A stretch of DNA of 64,000 nt from Candidatus Bathyarchaeota archaeon (GTDB lineage Archaea; Thermoproteota; Bathyarchaeia; Bathyarchaeales; Bathycorpusculaceae), in contig CAWDYC010000003.1 of the NCBI GenBank assembly GCA_963806535.1, positions 416,001-480,000 of the forward strand, read 5' to 3'. Shown in pieces: positions 20,425-30,581 of the stretch (position 1 is its first letter; every line of letters begins with the position of its first letter). Position numbers and translations under genes: made by a program. Below the pieces are notes generated by a model. It worked only from the letters and a program-made list of their open reading frames with translations, did no database searches and was not told where the DNA came from.

Positions 20425-21741
20425 ATGCAGAAATTTTTCAGGCAAATAATTGCTATCGCAATCCTCTTTTGCCTTCTTATTTGCTCGCCTTTACTTTCTA
20501 ATGGTTTTTCCAAAGGATTAACGCAAGATTCTTGGGCAATGTTTCGGCACGATGTGCAACATACGGGTTTTTCAACTTCCGCTGGACCAACTTCAAACCA
20601 AACACTTTGGAAACATTCAACTGGAGGGCAAGTTTGGTCTTCTCCTTCGGTTGCCGATGGAGTAGTGTATGTTGGTTCGTTTGACCATAAAATTTATGCT
20701 TTGAACTCGTCAACGGGCGATGTTATTTGGATTTTTAAAACAGGGGGTGAAGTCTATTCTTCGCCTGCAGTTTTCAATGGTGTTGTCTATGTAGGCTCAT
20801 TTGACCACGACATTTATGCAATTAATGCATCTACAGGAATTAAATTGTGGAACTTTACAACTGGAGGAGCAGTATTTTCTTCTCCCGCTGTTGTCGATGG
20901 ATCCTTGTTTTTCGGTTCAGACGACAGCTATATATACGCTTTAAATGCTCACTCAGGCCAGCTTCTTTGGAGTTATAAAACAGGAGACAAAGTGCAGTCT
21001 TCAGCAGCATTTTCAAACGGCTTGGTCTATATTGGTTCAAACGATACACGCATTTACGCCTTAAATGCCACCAATGGCAAGCAAATATGGCATTTTACAA
21101 CAGGAAGCTATGTGGCTTCTTCCCCAGCAGTCGCCGAAGGCGTGATTTATGTGGGCTGCTTTGATAACAGAACCTACGCTTTGAACGCTAGTACCGGAGC
21201 TCTGTTATGGAATCGTACAACTGGTTACGACATATGTGTGCAGTCTTCTCCCGCAGTTAACGGCAACTTAATTTACACAGGCACCTCAGGATTGCTCTCA
21301 TTAAGTATGTCACCATCTGCTAATCCATCTGATACTTCAAATGGCGACAAAATATATGCATTAAACAAAACAACAGGAACGGTTGTCTGGAGTTTTGCTA
21401 CAGGCGGAGGAGTTTGGTCTTCCCCAGCTGTTTCAATTAACTCGGTCTACGTGGGCTCGGGCGATGGTAAACTGTACGCTCTAAACGCTATCACAGGCGT
21501 TGTTCAATGGAGGTATCAAACAAACGGAGCTATTTACTCTTCTCCAGCCATTTTTGGTGGCATCGCCTATGTGGGTTCTAGTGACGACACTGTCTATGCA
21601 ATTGGTTTACCTTCCCAAGCAACTAGCTCTAACACGAGTCCGAGCGTTTGGATAATTATTGTTGGATCCGTTATTGCAACGTTTTTAGCGGCAACGACTT
21701 TGTTGTTAATACTAAGAAAGCGACGGAAGACGGAAGCTTGA
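20425..21741 (+). CDS. PQQ-like (BamB-type) beta-propeller repeat surface protein
   Basis: Signal peptide, WAMFRHD, repeated W.F.TGG.V.SSPAV..G.VYVGS.D..IYALNA.TG units, C-terminal TM plus basic tail. Confidence 0.9.
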   Translation: MQKFFRQIIAIAILFCLLICSPLLSNGFSKGLTQDSWAMFRHDVQHTGFSTSAGPTSNQTLWKHSTGGQVWSSPSVADGVVYVGSFDHKIYALNSSTGDVIWIFKTGGEVYSSPAVFNGVVYVGSFDHDIYAINASTGIKLWNFTTGGAVFSSPAVVDGSLFFGSDDSYIYALNAHSGQLLWSYKTGDKVQSSAAFSNGLVYIGSNDTRIYALNATNGKQIWHFTTGSYVASSPAVAEGVIYVGCFDNRTYALNASTGALLWNRTTGYDICVQSSPAVNGNLIYTGTSGLLSLSMSPSANPSDTSNGDKIYALNKTTGTVVWSFATGGGVWSSPAVSINSVYVGSGDGKLYALNAITGVVQWRYQTNGAIYSSPAIFGGIAYVGSSDDTVYAIGLPSQATSSNTSPSVWIIIVGSVIATFLAATTLLLILRKRRKTEA

Positions 21742-21761
21742 GTAGCTAAAACGCTAAATTG

Positions 21762-23363
21762 CTAACTTTTGTCTATCACCCTCTTTAAAGCCGCAATCAC
21801 GTTTTGTTTACCCATTGCAAGTACATAGGGACCTAAACGTGGACCTTGCGGTGCCCCCATCAAAATCTTATAGAGTGTTTTGAAGAAACCACTAGGGGAT
21901 ATGCCGTTAGTTTTTGCGGAATTAAAGATGGCGTTCTGTATTTTGTCAGGTTCAGTCTCGTTTTCCAATTGCGGGATTAACTCAGTTATGGCTTTTTTCT
22001 CTTCGCTTGAGAGATTAACATCTGTTTCTTTGATTTCTTCAAAGTCCCTTATCCAGTTTAATGCGTATTCAATTCTTTGGTTCAAATTCTCATCCAAGAC
22101 TTGGGCGTTTTGGAGGTAGCCGTAGCTTTGTAGTTTCTCAGTAACGTAGTTTTCTAGGCATTCTTTGGGCGCCATTTTAATTAGAAACGCCATCAAGTTA
22201 TAGGGAACGTGAATGCTGGGTTTCGCTGGCGGTTTCATGACATAGCAGTACTCAAATAAACCTCGAAGTTTGGCCGCTTCTTTTTCGGCGGCTTGTTTCT
22301 TGCCAAAATAGAGGTCTTCAAGATAGTCAAGTTCATTCATGTAAGCAGGAATATCGGATACGTCTATTGTTCGGGTGCCGACAAATCTTTTCAGCATTAA
22401 CAAAAGCAGCGATTGGGGAGAACCATATTGGAACCAAACTTGTGGAGTGAAAACGTTACCTGCGGATTTAGAAATTTTTTTTCCGCCTTTGTCAAGAAAC
22501 ATTTCGTATTGGGCATGCGAAGGAGGTTCAAAACATAGAACTTCGCGGCAAATACGGTCATTGATGCGTACGGAGTCGGCGATGTCTTTGCCAAAAGCTT
22601 CAAATCTTATATCTAATGCTTTCCAGCGGGCTGCAAATTCGCTTTTCCAAGTGAGTTTGCCTTCGCCGCTTTTTATGTCCACTTCGCCTTCGTGACCGCA
22701 GCCTGCAAGTAGTCTCCCCCGGATTTCAAGGCCTTCGCATTTATATGAGACCTTGTCGGTTTTTGGATCAAACTTATAGGCTCTGGTAGTGTAGAGACGC
22801 CCACATTGCTCACAAACAGCGAAAAACGGCAAAACCTCAGTATAAGTTTCTTGACCCACCTCTTCCTTCACGATTTCGCCGACCTTTTTGGCGTTAATAA
22901 GAATGGTTCGAATTTCGTCCAAAAGCAATCCTTGTTCATATACCTCTTTTGCTGAGTAATACTTGTATTCTATTCCGCATTTGTCAAGGGCGTCCAGGAG
23001 CAGAGAGCTCATGTGTTTGCCATAGCTTTCATGACAACCGAACGGGTCGGGTATAGAGGAGACTGAATATCCCAGGTATTTTTCCAAGTCCTTAGAGAGG
23101 CCTGCGGGAACCTTGCGTAAACCATCTTTATCGTCGCAGAAAGCAACAAGTTCAGAATTACACGCTAAGTTTTTCAACGCCAATGTAACTGTGTAGCTCC
23201 TGGACGCATCACCTAAACTGCCGATATGAGGGAACCCTGAAGCGCCTAGCCCCATCTCTGTTCGCAGTTTACTCATGTCTCTGTTTAGCGATTGTTCTCT
23301 GTAGATGACTTTTTTCGCCATCATGTCGTACCATGTGCCGCGTCCAATAGTTTCTTCACTCAT
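21762..23363 (-). CDS. lysS: Class I lysyl-tRNA synthetase
   Basis: SGFPHIGS, DKDGLRKVP, GKLTWK..FAARW, KISKSAGN, GPRLG. Confidence 0.95.
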   Translation of the reverse strand: MSEETIGRGTWYDMMAKKVIYREQSLNRDMSKLRTEMGLGASGFPHIGSLGDASRSYTVTLALKNLACNSELVAFCDDKDGLRKVPAGLSKDLEKYLGYSVSSIPDPFGCHESYGKHMSSLLLDALDKCGIEYKYYSAKEVYEQGLLLDEIRTILINAKKVGEIVKEEVGQETYTEVLPFFAVCEQCGRLYTTRAYKFDPKTDKVSYKCEGLEIRGRLLAGCGHEGEVDIKSGEGKLTWKSEFAARWKALDIRFEAFGKDIADSVRINDRICREVLCFEPPSHAQYEMFLDKGGKKISKSAGNVFTPQVWFQYGSPQSLLLLMLKRFVGTRTIDVSDIPAYMNELDYLEDLYFGKKQAAEKEAAKLRGLFEYCYVMKPPAKPSIHVPYNLMAFLIKMAPKECLENYVTEKLQSYGYLQNAQVLDENLNQRIEYALNWIRDFEEIKETDVNLSSEEKKAITELIPQLENETEPDKIQNAIFNSAKTNGISPSGFFKTLYKILMGAPQGPRLGPYVLAMGKQNVIAALKRVIDKS

Positions 23364-23439
23364 AACTTTGAACCTTCAGAAACATGACTGTACATTGGAA
23401 TAGAAAAATGTTTAGAGCCCAAAAAAGGCTCACATTGGT

Positions 23440-23781
23440 TTATTTCTTTCTTCTCAGCGCAGACGCAATTGCTATGCCGCCAAACGCGAGCAATATCAAC
23501 GCCAACGAATACAACCAGTCGTATGAGAATAGGAACCAAGCGCCGCCAAGGACGATCAAGCCTAAACCCATTGCCATAGTGCTAAATGAACTACGTTCAT
23601 ATTTCTGTGGGCTGGCTCCTCGCAAAGCTCCCAACGCCAAGATCCAGATGCCGAAAAGAGCAAGAACCAGCGGTGGGAATAGTGACCACTTAATGACGTT
23701 TGTAGCTACAAGTAATATGGCTGCCACAAGGATTATGCAGAAAACGCCTATGGTCAGCATTTGGCGTCTACTTTCAGACAT
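23440..23781 (-). CDS. Small 4-TM membrane protein
   Basis: Four hydrophobic segments; co-oriented, tight spacing with SPFH gene. Confidence 0.75.
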   Translation of the reverse strand: MSESRRQMLTIGVFCIILVAAILLVATNVIKWSLFPPLVLALFGIWILALGALRGASPQKYERSSFSTMAMGLGLIVLGGAWFLFSYDWLYSLALILLAFGGIAIASALRRKK

Positions 23782-23793
23782 TCATAGGCCTTC

Positions 23794-24780
23794 TTACGAT
23801 ATTGTTGCACCGCACTCTGGGCAGAACTTCGAGCTTGCAGGGATTGAATGACCGCATTTGGGGCAGTTAATTGTTGCTTGCGATGGAGGTGTAAGATTGG
23901 TTCCGCATTCTGGACAGAACTTGGATGTTGCTGGAACGTGTGCGCCGCATTTGGGGCAAATCACGAGGGCTGCTGTAGGAGCTTGCGCCTGTACTTGACC
24001 GGCTGAATTCATAATTTGTGGAATAAGCACCATGCCTGTGCCTAAACCGGCGCCGCCACCGCCGCCTGATGCGCCTAGCGATGCGGCTGCGCTCTTTACT
24101 GTTTCCATTCTCAGTACAGTGTCTGCTGGGGTGCTTCCAGTTTTAAGCCAGAATAGCCTCTCTCGGTATTCAGGTGTGGTGTCGATGCCTTCAAAACGTA
24201 GGTCAGTTAATTCGATGCCTAAACGTTTGAAGTAGTCCAAGACCGAGTTCTTAACAATGATTGACGTTTCTTGGAGCCTGGTGAAGACTGTAACCAGGTC
24301 GTAGTGCGAGAGTTCAGAGATTATCTTTTCGTTTAGAAAACCCCTCAAGAAGTTGTTAACGTCTTCTGTTGTGAAAGCGTTTTGTCCACCTACAACCTCG
24401 TTAACGAACAGTGTAGCATCTTCAATTTTGAATAAGAATTGCCCGAATACTTTGAGTGGAGCCAATTCAGTGGTTTGTGCACTTGTTCCCCATTTGCCGT
24501 TGAAAACTTTTGTGCTAATGTAGAGGACCATCGCCTTAAACGGTTTATTGCCGCCGAAGCCTGCGATTCGAGTTAGCAAACTTGTTAGCAGAGGCAGATT
24601 CAACGTTGTTAGTGTGTGTCTTCCGGCGCCGAAAACATCATAGGCTTTGCCATCCCTGAAGAACACTGCCATTTCGTATTCATGTACGATTAGTTGCGCG
24701 CCCCATGTAATGTCTTCAACTGGGTATTTGTAGATTATAGCATCAGGGGCTGCATTTGTCCATTCAATTACTTGTGGCAT
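23794..24780 (-). CDS. SPFH/Band-7-like protein with C-terminal double zinc ribbon (YdjI-like)
   Basis: GAQLIVHEYEMAVFFRDG..GRHTLTTLNLP, KWGT; CPKCG..KFCPECG twice. Confidence 0.88.
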   Translation of the reverse strand: MPQVIEWTNAAPDAIIYKYPVEDITWGAQLIVHEYEMAVFFRDGKAYDVFGAGRHTLTTLNLPLLTSLLTRIAGFGGNKPFKAMVLYISTKVFNGKWGTSAQTTELAPLKVFGQFLFKIEDATLFVNEVVGGQNAFTTEDVNNFLRGFLNEKIISELSHYDLVTVFTRLQETSIIVKNSVLDYFKRLGIELTDLRFEGIDTTPEYRERLFWLKTGSTPADTVLRMETVKSAAASLGASGGGGGAGLGTGMVLIPQIMNSAGQVQAQAPTAALVICPKCGAHVPATSKFCPECGTNLTPPSQATINCPKCGHSIPASSKFCPECGATIS

Positions 24781-24781
24781 T

Positions 24782-25324
24782 TTAACTCGCTCCCATAATT
24801 ACTTCATTACGTTGATCAAATGTGTTTTCTAAACTTTCCAGTTTATCAGTTACACTTTGAACTCTGACCTTAAGGTTTGAAGTGTTGCCGCTGGCTAAAT
24901 CTACTTTAAAAGCATCGATTTCTGTAACCAACGCATTTATGTTGTCCATAAGTTTGTTATCAAAGTCTATCATCCTGTCAAGGCTATCTTCTTTAACTTT
25001 GACGGCGTCATAGAAACCGCTGTACCCTTCAGAAGCATGATTTATTTTTTCAACCACGCGATCCATTTTTGCTAACAAACGATCCATGTCAGTTAGAACA
25101 TCGAAGTATCTTCGATCAGCCAGCTTTTGTGAAATTTCCCTTAAATCATTCTTTTCAGTAGACAGTTTCAGGTAAAGATGATTCCTGACTAACCTGTCGC
25201 TTTCACGACGAATTTCTTTTTCTTTGTAGCCGCGAAAACCTGGAACAAAAGCGGCTATGCGCTCAGAGAGGCGCATTTGACCTTTTACGTCTGAATATAC
25301 ATCGTTTTTCTCACTCATTGTCAT
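24782..25324 (-). CDS. Conserved helical hypothetical protein
   Basis: IAAFVPGFRGYKEKEIRRESDRLVR, ASEGYSGFYDAVKV; operonic. Confidence 0.8.
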   Translation of the reverse strand: MTMSEKNDVYSDVKGQMRLSERIAAFVPGFRGYKEKEIRRESDRLVRNHLYLKLSTEKNDLREISQKLADRRYFDVLTDMDRLLAKMDRVVEKINHASEGYSGFYDAVKVKEDSLDRMIDFDNKLMDNINALVTEIDAFKVDLASGNTSNLKVRVQSVTDKLESLENTFDQRNEVIMGAS

Positions 25325-25393
25325 ATCTCCGTCTTTTTTAGTATTCGTTGATATTAAAGGCTCGCTTTTAAAGTTTGTTAGAGTAAATGGAGC

Positions 25394-26140
25394 TTAGAAT
25401 CTTGAAGGTGGTATGTCCCCTTTTAAAGGGGTTCCAGCGGTGCCTTCCATTATCAACTGGTACACTTTACCTTTGTATTCGTATTTTATAAACCAAATGG
25501 GGGCATGCAAATAGACTATTTGTTTGGATGTTACTTCGGTGCTTATCTCAACTATTTTATCTACATCCTGTTGAAGAAGGAAACGATGATGGTCCTCAAT
25601 TTGTTGCTTAGCTATTTCCAACGCGGCTTCGCGGTCTATTTCACTATTGAGGAGTTTGGCGAAACCTTCAATTTTGCGAAAGTCAAAGGGAATTTTGCCT
25701 TCTAGTGGAACTTCATATTCGTGTGTGGGAAATTCTGAAGCTTCACGCGCTAAAACCAGCCAGTCATATTCCTTGGAGATTGTGCCCTCTTTAACAATGG
25801 CTGGAGCTATCCTTTCGAATATTCCCTTGTAAGTGCTCTTAGCTTCAACTGAAACCAGCCAAAACGGCAAATACACTAATTCTTTTGAAGTAAGTTTTGA
25901 TTTCTTTGCAAGGTCGCCTGGTTTTAAGAAACCCCCGCTCATCCAAGCTTGAATCGGATCGTCAATACTTTTTGGGTCAAATCTGTTTAGAATAAGTGAG
26001 TGTTCAAAAGTGAAGGTTTGCCCAGTTTCAATAACTGTGGTAAATCCACAGTATTTGCAGGTTGCAATGATTTCGCCTGGTTTAAACTCAACTGGGGCAC
26101 CGCAGTGACTGCACTTGATTTCTTGGGCTACAGCATCCAT
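25394..26140 (-). CDS. N-terminal zinc-ribbon protein (YdjG-like)
   Basis: CSHCGA..CKYCG, LVYLPFW, HAPIWFIKYEYKGK. Confidence 0.78.
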   Translation of the reverse strand: MDAVAQEIKCSHCGAPVEFKPGEIIATCKYCGFTTVIETGQTFTFEHSLILNRFDPKSIDDPIQAWMSGGFLKPGDLAKKSKLTSKELVYLPFWLVSVEAKSTYKGIFERIAPAIVKEGTISKEYDWLVLAREASEFPTHEYEVPLEGKIPFDFRKIEGFAKLLNSEIDREAALEIAKQQIEDHHRFLLQQDVDKIVEISTEVTSKQIVYLHAPIWFIKYEYKGKVYQLIMEGTAGTPLKGDIPPSRF

Positions 26141-26142
26141 TG

Positions 26143-27525
26143 TTACGCCTTCAGATGTTCACGTTTCAATATTTCTCTTGCAACTATTACGCCTGAAGCT
26201 GAAGCTTGAATTAAACCGCGTGTGACTCCTGCTCCGTCGCCTATAGTGAACATGTTTTGGATTTTGGTTTCAAGGGCATTATTTAGTTGCAGGTGTGAAG
26301 AGTAAAATTTGACTTCTATGCCGTAGAGTAATGTGTCTCTGGAGTGGATTCCTGGCGCTATCACATCTAAGGCTTGAAGCATCTCACGTATGTCTGATAA
26401 GTAACGGTATGGTAAAACGAAACTCAGATCTCCTGGAGTAGCATTCTTCAATGTTGGAACAACTACGCTTCTTGCTAAGCGTTCAGGTGTTGAGCGTCGC
26501 CCAGAAACCAAATCACCTAATCGCTGAACCATCACTCCTCCACTTAAGAGGTTTGAAAGCCTCGCAACATATTTGCCGTAGGCAATCGGCTCTTTGAAAG
26601 GTTCTGTAAAAGACGTGCTGACGAGAATTGCGAAGTTTGTGTTATCTGTTCTTGTTTCAGCGTGGCTTCCGCCGTTAACTGTTAAAACTCCGTCATATGA
26701 TTCTGTTGTTACTTCACCGTAAGGTGATACACAGAAAGTGCGAACCTGGTCATCAAAAAGACGCGAGAAATAAACCAGTTTTGGCTCGTAAAGCACTTTG
26801 GTGAGATTTTCCATCACTGACGCCAAAACTTCAACCCGCACGCCAATATCAACTGGGTTGTTTATGGTTTTTAATCCTCGAACTTGAGCTTCTGTTTGAA
26901 GCCATTCTGCTCCACTTCTACCAGGAGCAATTATAACGTATTTGCCAAGGAATTTTTCGCCATTAACGGTCTCAATGCCTTGAACTGTGTGGTTTTCAGT
27001 GATTAGCCCTTTTACGTCTGTTTTCGGCATAAAAGTGATTTTGCCGTTAAGTGCTTTGCGCATTCTTTGCAGAGTTTCCAGGCATTTGTCGGTGCCCATG
27101 TGGCGAACTTCTTGTTTGATTAGTTTTAATCCGGCAAGTGAAGCTTTGCGTTCAATTTCATCTACTTTTTCGTTGTCGCCGCCATAAACTGTTTCGCTGG
27201 CACCGAATTTTATGTAGATACTATCTACATATTTTACTAAATCTTGAAGTTCTTTGGTGGAGATATATTGGTTCAGCCAACCACCAACTTCGGTTGAAAG
27301 GGTAAGTTTTCCATCACTGTAAGCACCAGCTCCGCCCCAGCCTGAAAGAACTGAGCATGGTTCACAATGGACGCATTCGAACCCTCGGCTGGATGGACAC
27401 TTTCGCTTGTCAATGTCTAGTCCTCTGTCCACTATTAGGACATTGAGATTTGTTTTCTCAGTTAATTCTAGCGCTGAAAAGATGCCTGCTGGTCCTGCAC
27501 CCACGATTATTACATCATATTTCAT
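26143..27525 (-). CDS. FAD-dependent oxidoreductase (COG2509-like)
   Basis: VIIVGAGPAG, GWGGAGAYSDGKL, RHMGTD, VDIGVRVE, GDGAGVTRG. Confidence 0.9.
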   Translation of the reverse strand: MKYDVIIVGAGPAGIFSALELTEKTNLNVLIVDRGLDIDKRKCPSSRGFECVHCEPCSVLSGWGGAGAYSDGKLTLSTEVGGWLNQYISTKELQDLVKYVDSIYIKFGASETVYGGDNEKVDEIERKASLAGLKLIKQEVRHMGTDKCLETLQRMRKALNGKITFMPKTDVKGLITENHTVQGIETVNGEKFLGKYVIIAPGRSGAEWLQTEAQVRGLKTINNPVDIGVRVEVLASVMENLTKVLYEPKLVYFSRLFDDQVRTFCVSPYGEVTTESYDGVLTVNGGSHAETRTDNTNFAILVSTSFTEPFKEPIAYGKYVARLSNLLSGGVMVQRLGDLVSGRRSTPERLARSVVVPTLKNATPGDLSFVLPYRYLSDIREMLQALDVIAPGIHSRDTLLYGIEVKFYSSHLQLNNALETKIQNMFTIGDGAGVTRGLIQASASGVIVAREILKREHLKA

Positions 27526-27692
27526 ATGTAGTGCCTTCTTTGGAGCCCAGAATTAGATGCAATAGGTAGGATATATTTGTTGGTGCAAAAAAATTTTTAA
27601 CAGTTTGGGCTTCTTGCATCGATATTTTCAAGATATATCTAAATAACATTTATAATCAATAAAACGGCAATTAAAATACGAAGAAAAACACC

Positions 27693-28178
27693 ATGCCAAA
27701 AGCAGAACCCGAGAATATCGATGAATTAATCTCTGACTTCTCACGCTTCTACATACTCACCATACTCTATGAAGGACCAGCATATGGTTACAGCATAATA
27801 AGCAGATTCAAAAAACGAGTAAAAAAAGAAGTAAGCCCAAGCCTAGTATATCCCTTCCTCCAACAACTAGAGCAAAAAGGATTAGTTACGCACACAATAA
27901 AACCTGTAGGTGAAAAAGAGAAAAAAGTTTTTGAACTGACAGAGCCAGGAAGAGAATTGTGCACTGAGCTGTTCAAACGCTTCGCTAAACTAGTATCAAT
28001 CGCTATTGAACCAAGCCTCTACATTTGCGCTCACTGCGGATGCAAAGTTTACGAAGGTGCCTACCGAGAAATTATTGATGGTAACGAAACAGCGTTTTGC
28101 TGCATACATTGCGCTCGCTCCTACAAGGAAACAAAAAAGTTGGCTAAACAAAATAGTAGCGTTAACAAACAAGCATAA
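27693..28178 (+). CDS. PadR-family regulator with C-terminal TRASH-like metal-binding domain
   Basis: GPAYGYSI..SPSLVYPFLQQLEQKGLV..ELTEPG; CAHCGC...FCCIHCA. Confidence 0.85.
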   Translation: MPKAEPENIDELISDFSRFYILTILYEGPAYGYSIISRFKKRVKKEVSPSLVYPFLQQLEQKGLVTHTIKPVGEKEKKVFELTEPGRELCTELFKRFAKLVSIAIEPSLYICAHCGCKVYEGAYREIIDGNETAFCCIHCARSYKETKKLAKQNSSVNKQA

Positions 28179-28234
28179 TATTATCTAAAACTTTTGAGTA
28201 GAAATTAGAAATAAAAAAAATCTGTTGAGTGTAA

Positions 28235-28513
28235 TCAGTCTTTAATAGCTTCAATAAAACTCATAACATTCCAAAGTTTTACCCGTGTGTAAGCAGGCAT
28301 ATTTGGGTCTTGAAGAATTTCATCTAGGAGCGAAACAGCGTTGGAAGCGCGCACAGCCACCGTAAATTCACCACTTTGGAGGGTATTCATAGCGTCTTTT
28401 GCTGAGCGCCTAATGTTTCTGGGTGTTGTGCTGTCCTCTGAAACCTCTGTGAGAACCGTTAACGCTTGCTGAATTTTTGCTTCGTATTCTTCAGCTTTTT
28501 TCTTTCGAACCAT
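28235..28513 (-). CDS. UPF0147 family protein
   Basis: DSTTPRNIRR, AVSLLDEILQDPNMPAYTRVKLW. Confidence 0.9.
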   Translation of the reverse strand: MVRKKKAEEYEAKIQQALTVLTEVSEDSTTPRNIRRSAKDAMNTLQSGEFTVAVRASNAVSLLDEILQDPNMPAYTRVKLWNVMSFIEAIKD

Positions 28514-28590
28514 AAAGACACTACCTAACTTCCATTCACGCAGTAACCCAGTTATATAAGTATTGATACGTATTTACTTTGGGGTTCTGC

Positions 28591-28956
28591 ATGGAAGAAA
28601 AAAAAGAAATCACACCTATCAAACGCATGGCTGATTTACTAATGAAAGGCGCCACTTTAACCGACTTATCGTGTCCAGTATGTGGTTCGCCGCTTTTCAG
28701 ATTACAAGATGGCACTTTGTGGTGTGAAAAAGATGAAAAGAAAGTGGTGGTAATTAAAGAAGGTGAAGAACCAGCTAAACCTTCCGGTTCTGGCTCGACA
28801 TATGATAAACTCGAAGCTTCATTGTTAAGCAAAATTCAGGAGTTACAAGGCAAAATCGAAAAAACAGAAGATATTGATGAACTCCAAAAACTTGCCAATG
28901 CATTATCAGAATTGCTGTCTAGCCTCGAGAAAGTTCAAAAAATGAAGAAAACTTGA
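28591..28956 (+). CDS. UPF0148 / Sjogren autoantigen p27-like zinc-finger protein
   Basis: MADLLMKGATLTDLSCPVCGSPLF. Confidence 0.88.
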   Translation: MEEKKEITPIKRMADLLMKGATLTDLSCPVCGSPLFRLQDGTLWCEKDEKKVVVIKEGEEPAKPSGSGSTYDKLEASLLSKIQELQGKIEKTEDIDELQKLANALSELLSSLEKVQKMKKT

Positions 28957-29480
28957 GCAGAAACGATTTGACCTTTGGATTTTACAAAGATTTCCCATCG
29001 CAAATTCACTGGATTGAAAGTTTTTCCTCAAGTCTGCCCAGCAAACAACTTCAACAAAAATTAGTGCAAGCTTTTCGCGAAATAAATAAACAAGAATTAA
29101 GCTTTGAAGAAGTTACAAACCCAACAATTCCAGATTGCAGAGTAATTTTTGAGTTCGGTTTGGCTGATTCTGAAAGCTTTTATTACATTGACGATGAAGA
29201 AGAAAAAAAAGCAATTGATCTATTAGAAAAAGAGAATCTTCATACAATTGATTTCTTCTGTGGAATACGCTATTATAAGAGCAAAACAGAGAAAAAGGTG
29301 CCATTAAAGTTTGATTATTACCTTCTCCGCTCGATTTATTACAAAGGCATTGTTGAAATTCATGTTCATCACGATAAAGGTCCTAGATACATTTCTCCTC
29401 AAGATCTAACGCAATTAATTTTTAATAAAATAAATGATGACTCAAGGAAAAAACTTTTGAAAAAGCTAAAGACCGAATAA
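28953..29480 (+). CDS. Hypothetical protein
   Basis: 175-aa ORF, TTG start overlapping upstream stop. Confidence 0.7.
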   Translation: MSRNDLTFGFYKDFPSQIHWIESFSSSLPSKQLQQKLVQAFREINKQELSFEEVTNPTIPDCRVIFEFGLADSESFYYIDDEEEKKAIDLLEKENLHTIDFFCGIRYYKSKTEKKVPLKFDYYLLRSIYYKGIVEIHVHHDKGPRYISPQDLTQLIFNKINDDSRKKLLKKLKTE

Positions 29481-29622
29481 TTCAAAAAGGCAGTTTAGAA
29501 AATAAATATATGAGCATTGTTCTATAGCCGAAAGTTATATTTCTAACAATAGAGATAATGCGTAAAAGTGGAGATAATTTACGGCAGATTCCCAAAACAG
29601 GCAGAAATAGGAGCTAATATAA

Positions 29623-30579
29623 TTGATCCCGATTGAAGTTACGAACCTTAAAAAGTGCTATGGCAGCTTGAAAGCTGTAGATGGAACCTCATTCCAGGTT
29701 AACAACGGAGAAGTCTTTGGTCTTTTAGGTCCAAACGGCGCAGGCAAAACCACAACCATCGAAATTTTGGAAGGTTTGCGAGAAAGGGATGGAGGAGACG
29801 TTAAAGTTCTCGGTTTTGATCCTTGGAAAAACGGCTATGACCTTCACAAAAAAATCGGCGTAATCCCACAAGAATTTACTTTCTTTGAAAAAACAACCCC
29901 AAGAGAAGCCATTATCTATTATGCCGACCTTTTCAACATTAAAGTTAACCCTGATGAAATCTTAAAAGAAGTATTGCTTGAAGAATCTGCTAAAGTCAAT
30001 TTTGACAGTCTCTCTGGCGGACAGAAACAGAAAACTGGCCTTGCACTCTCACTTGTCAATTCGCCAGAACTTCTATTTCTTGACGAACCAACCACTGGAC
30101 TAGACCCCAACGCCCGAAGAGCAATCTGGGAAGTCATACGAGGATTAAAAGCCAAGGGCAAAACAATCATTTTAACCACTCATTACTTAGATGAAGCCCA
30201 ACAATTATGCGACAGAGTAGCCATTATGGACCATGGACACATTGTTGCTATGGGTACTTCTGAGGACATTATTAGAGAACACGGTTCAGGCGAAAGACTG
30301 GAAATTCATGGAAGCCAAAAGCTTGCTGACTACATTAAAGCAAATACCGATTTACAAGTTGATTACGATTCATCAAAAGGAGAAATTTTCATACCACTAA
30401 AAAAGAAAATCGATGCCTTAGCGGCTTTGGCGGCTGCTGAACAATCAGGAATGGATTGGGGAGAAATCCAAACACGACAAGACAGCTTAGACGACGTTTT
30501 TATCAAACTAGTTAATGAAACCGGAGAAATCGAATCACAAGAAGATATTAAACCGACGAAAAAGAAGCGGAGGGCTTAA
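29623..30579 (+). CDS. ABC-2 type exporter ATP-binding subunit
   Basis: GPNGAGKTT, LSGGQ, LDEPTTGLD, TTHY. Confidence 0.95.
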   Translation: MIPIEVTNLKKCYGSLKAVDGTSFQVNNGEVFGLLGPNGAGKTTTIEILEGLRERDGGDVKVLGFDPWKNGYDLHKKIGVIPQEFTFFEKTTPREAIIYYADLFNIKVNPDEILKEVLLEESAKVNFDSLSGGQKQKTGLALSLVNSPELLFLDEPTTGLDPNARRAIWEVIRGLKAKGKTIILTTHYLDEAQQLCDRVAIMDHGHIVAMGTSEDIIREHGSGERLEIHGSQKLADYIKANTDLQVDYDSSKGEIFIPLKKKIDALAALAAAEQSGMDWGEIQTRQDSLDDVFIKLVNETGEIESQEDIKPTKKKRRA

Positions 30580-30581
30580 AA

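Noticed and set aside
20580-21605. Periodic ~120-bp repeats as a CRISPR array or DNA repeat
   Set aside because: They are degenerate beta-propeller coding repeats; no CRISPR array or cas genes seen in the window
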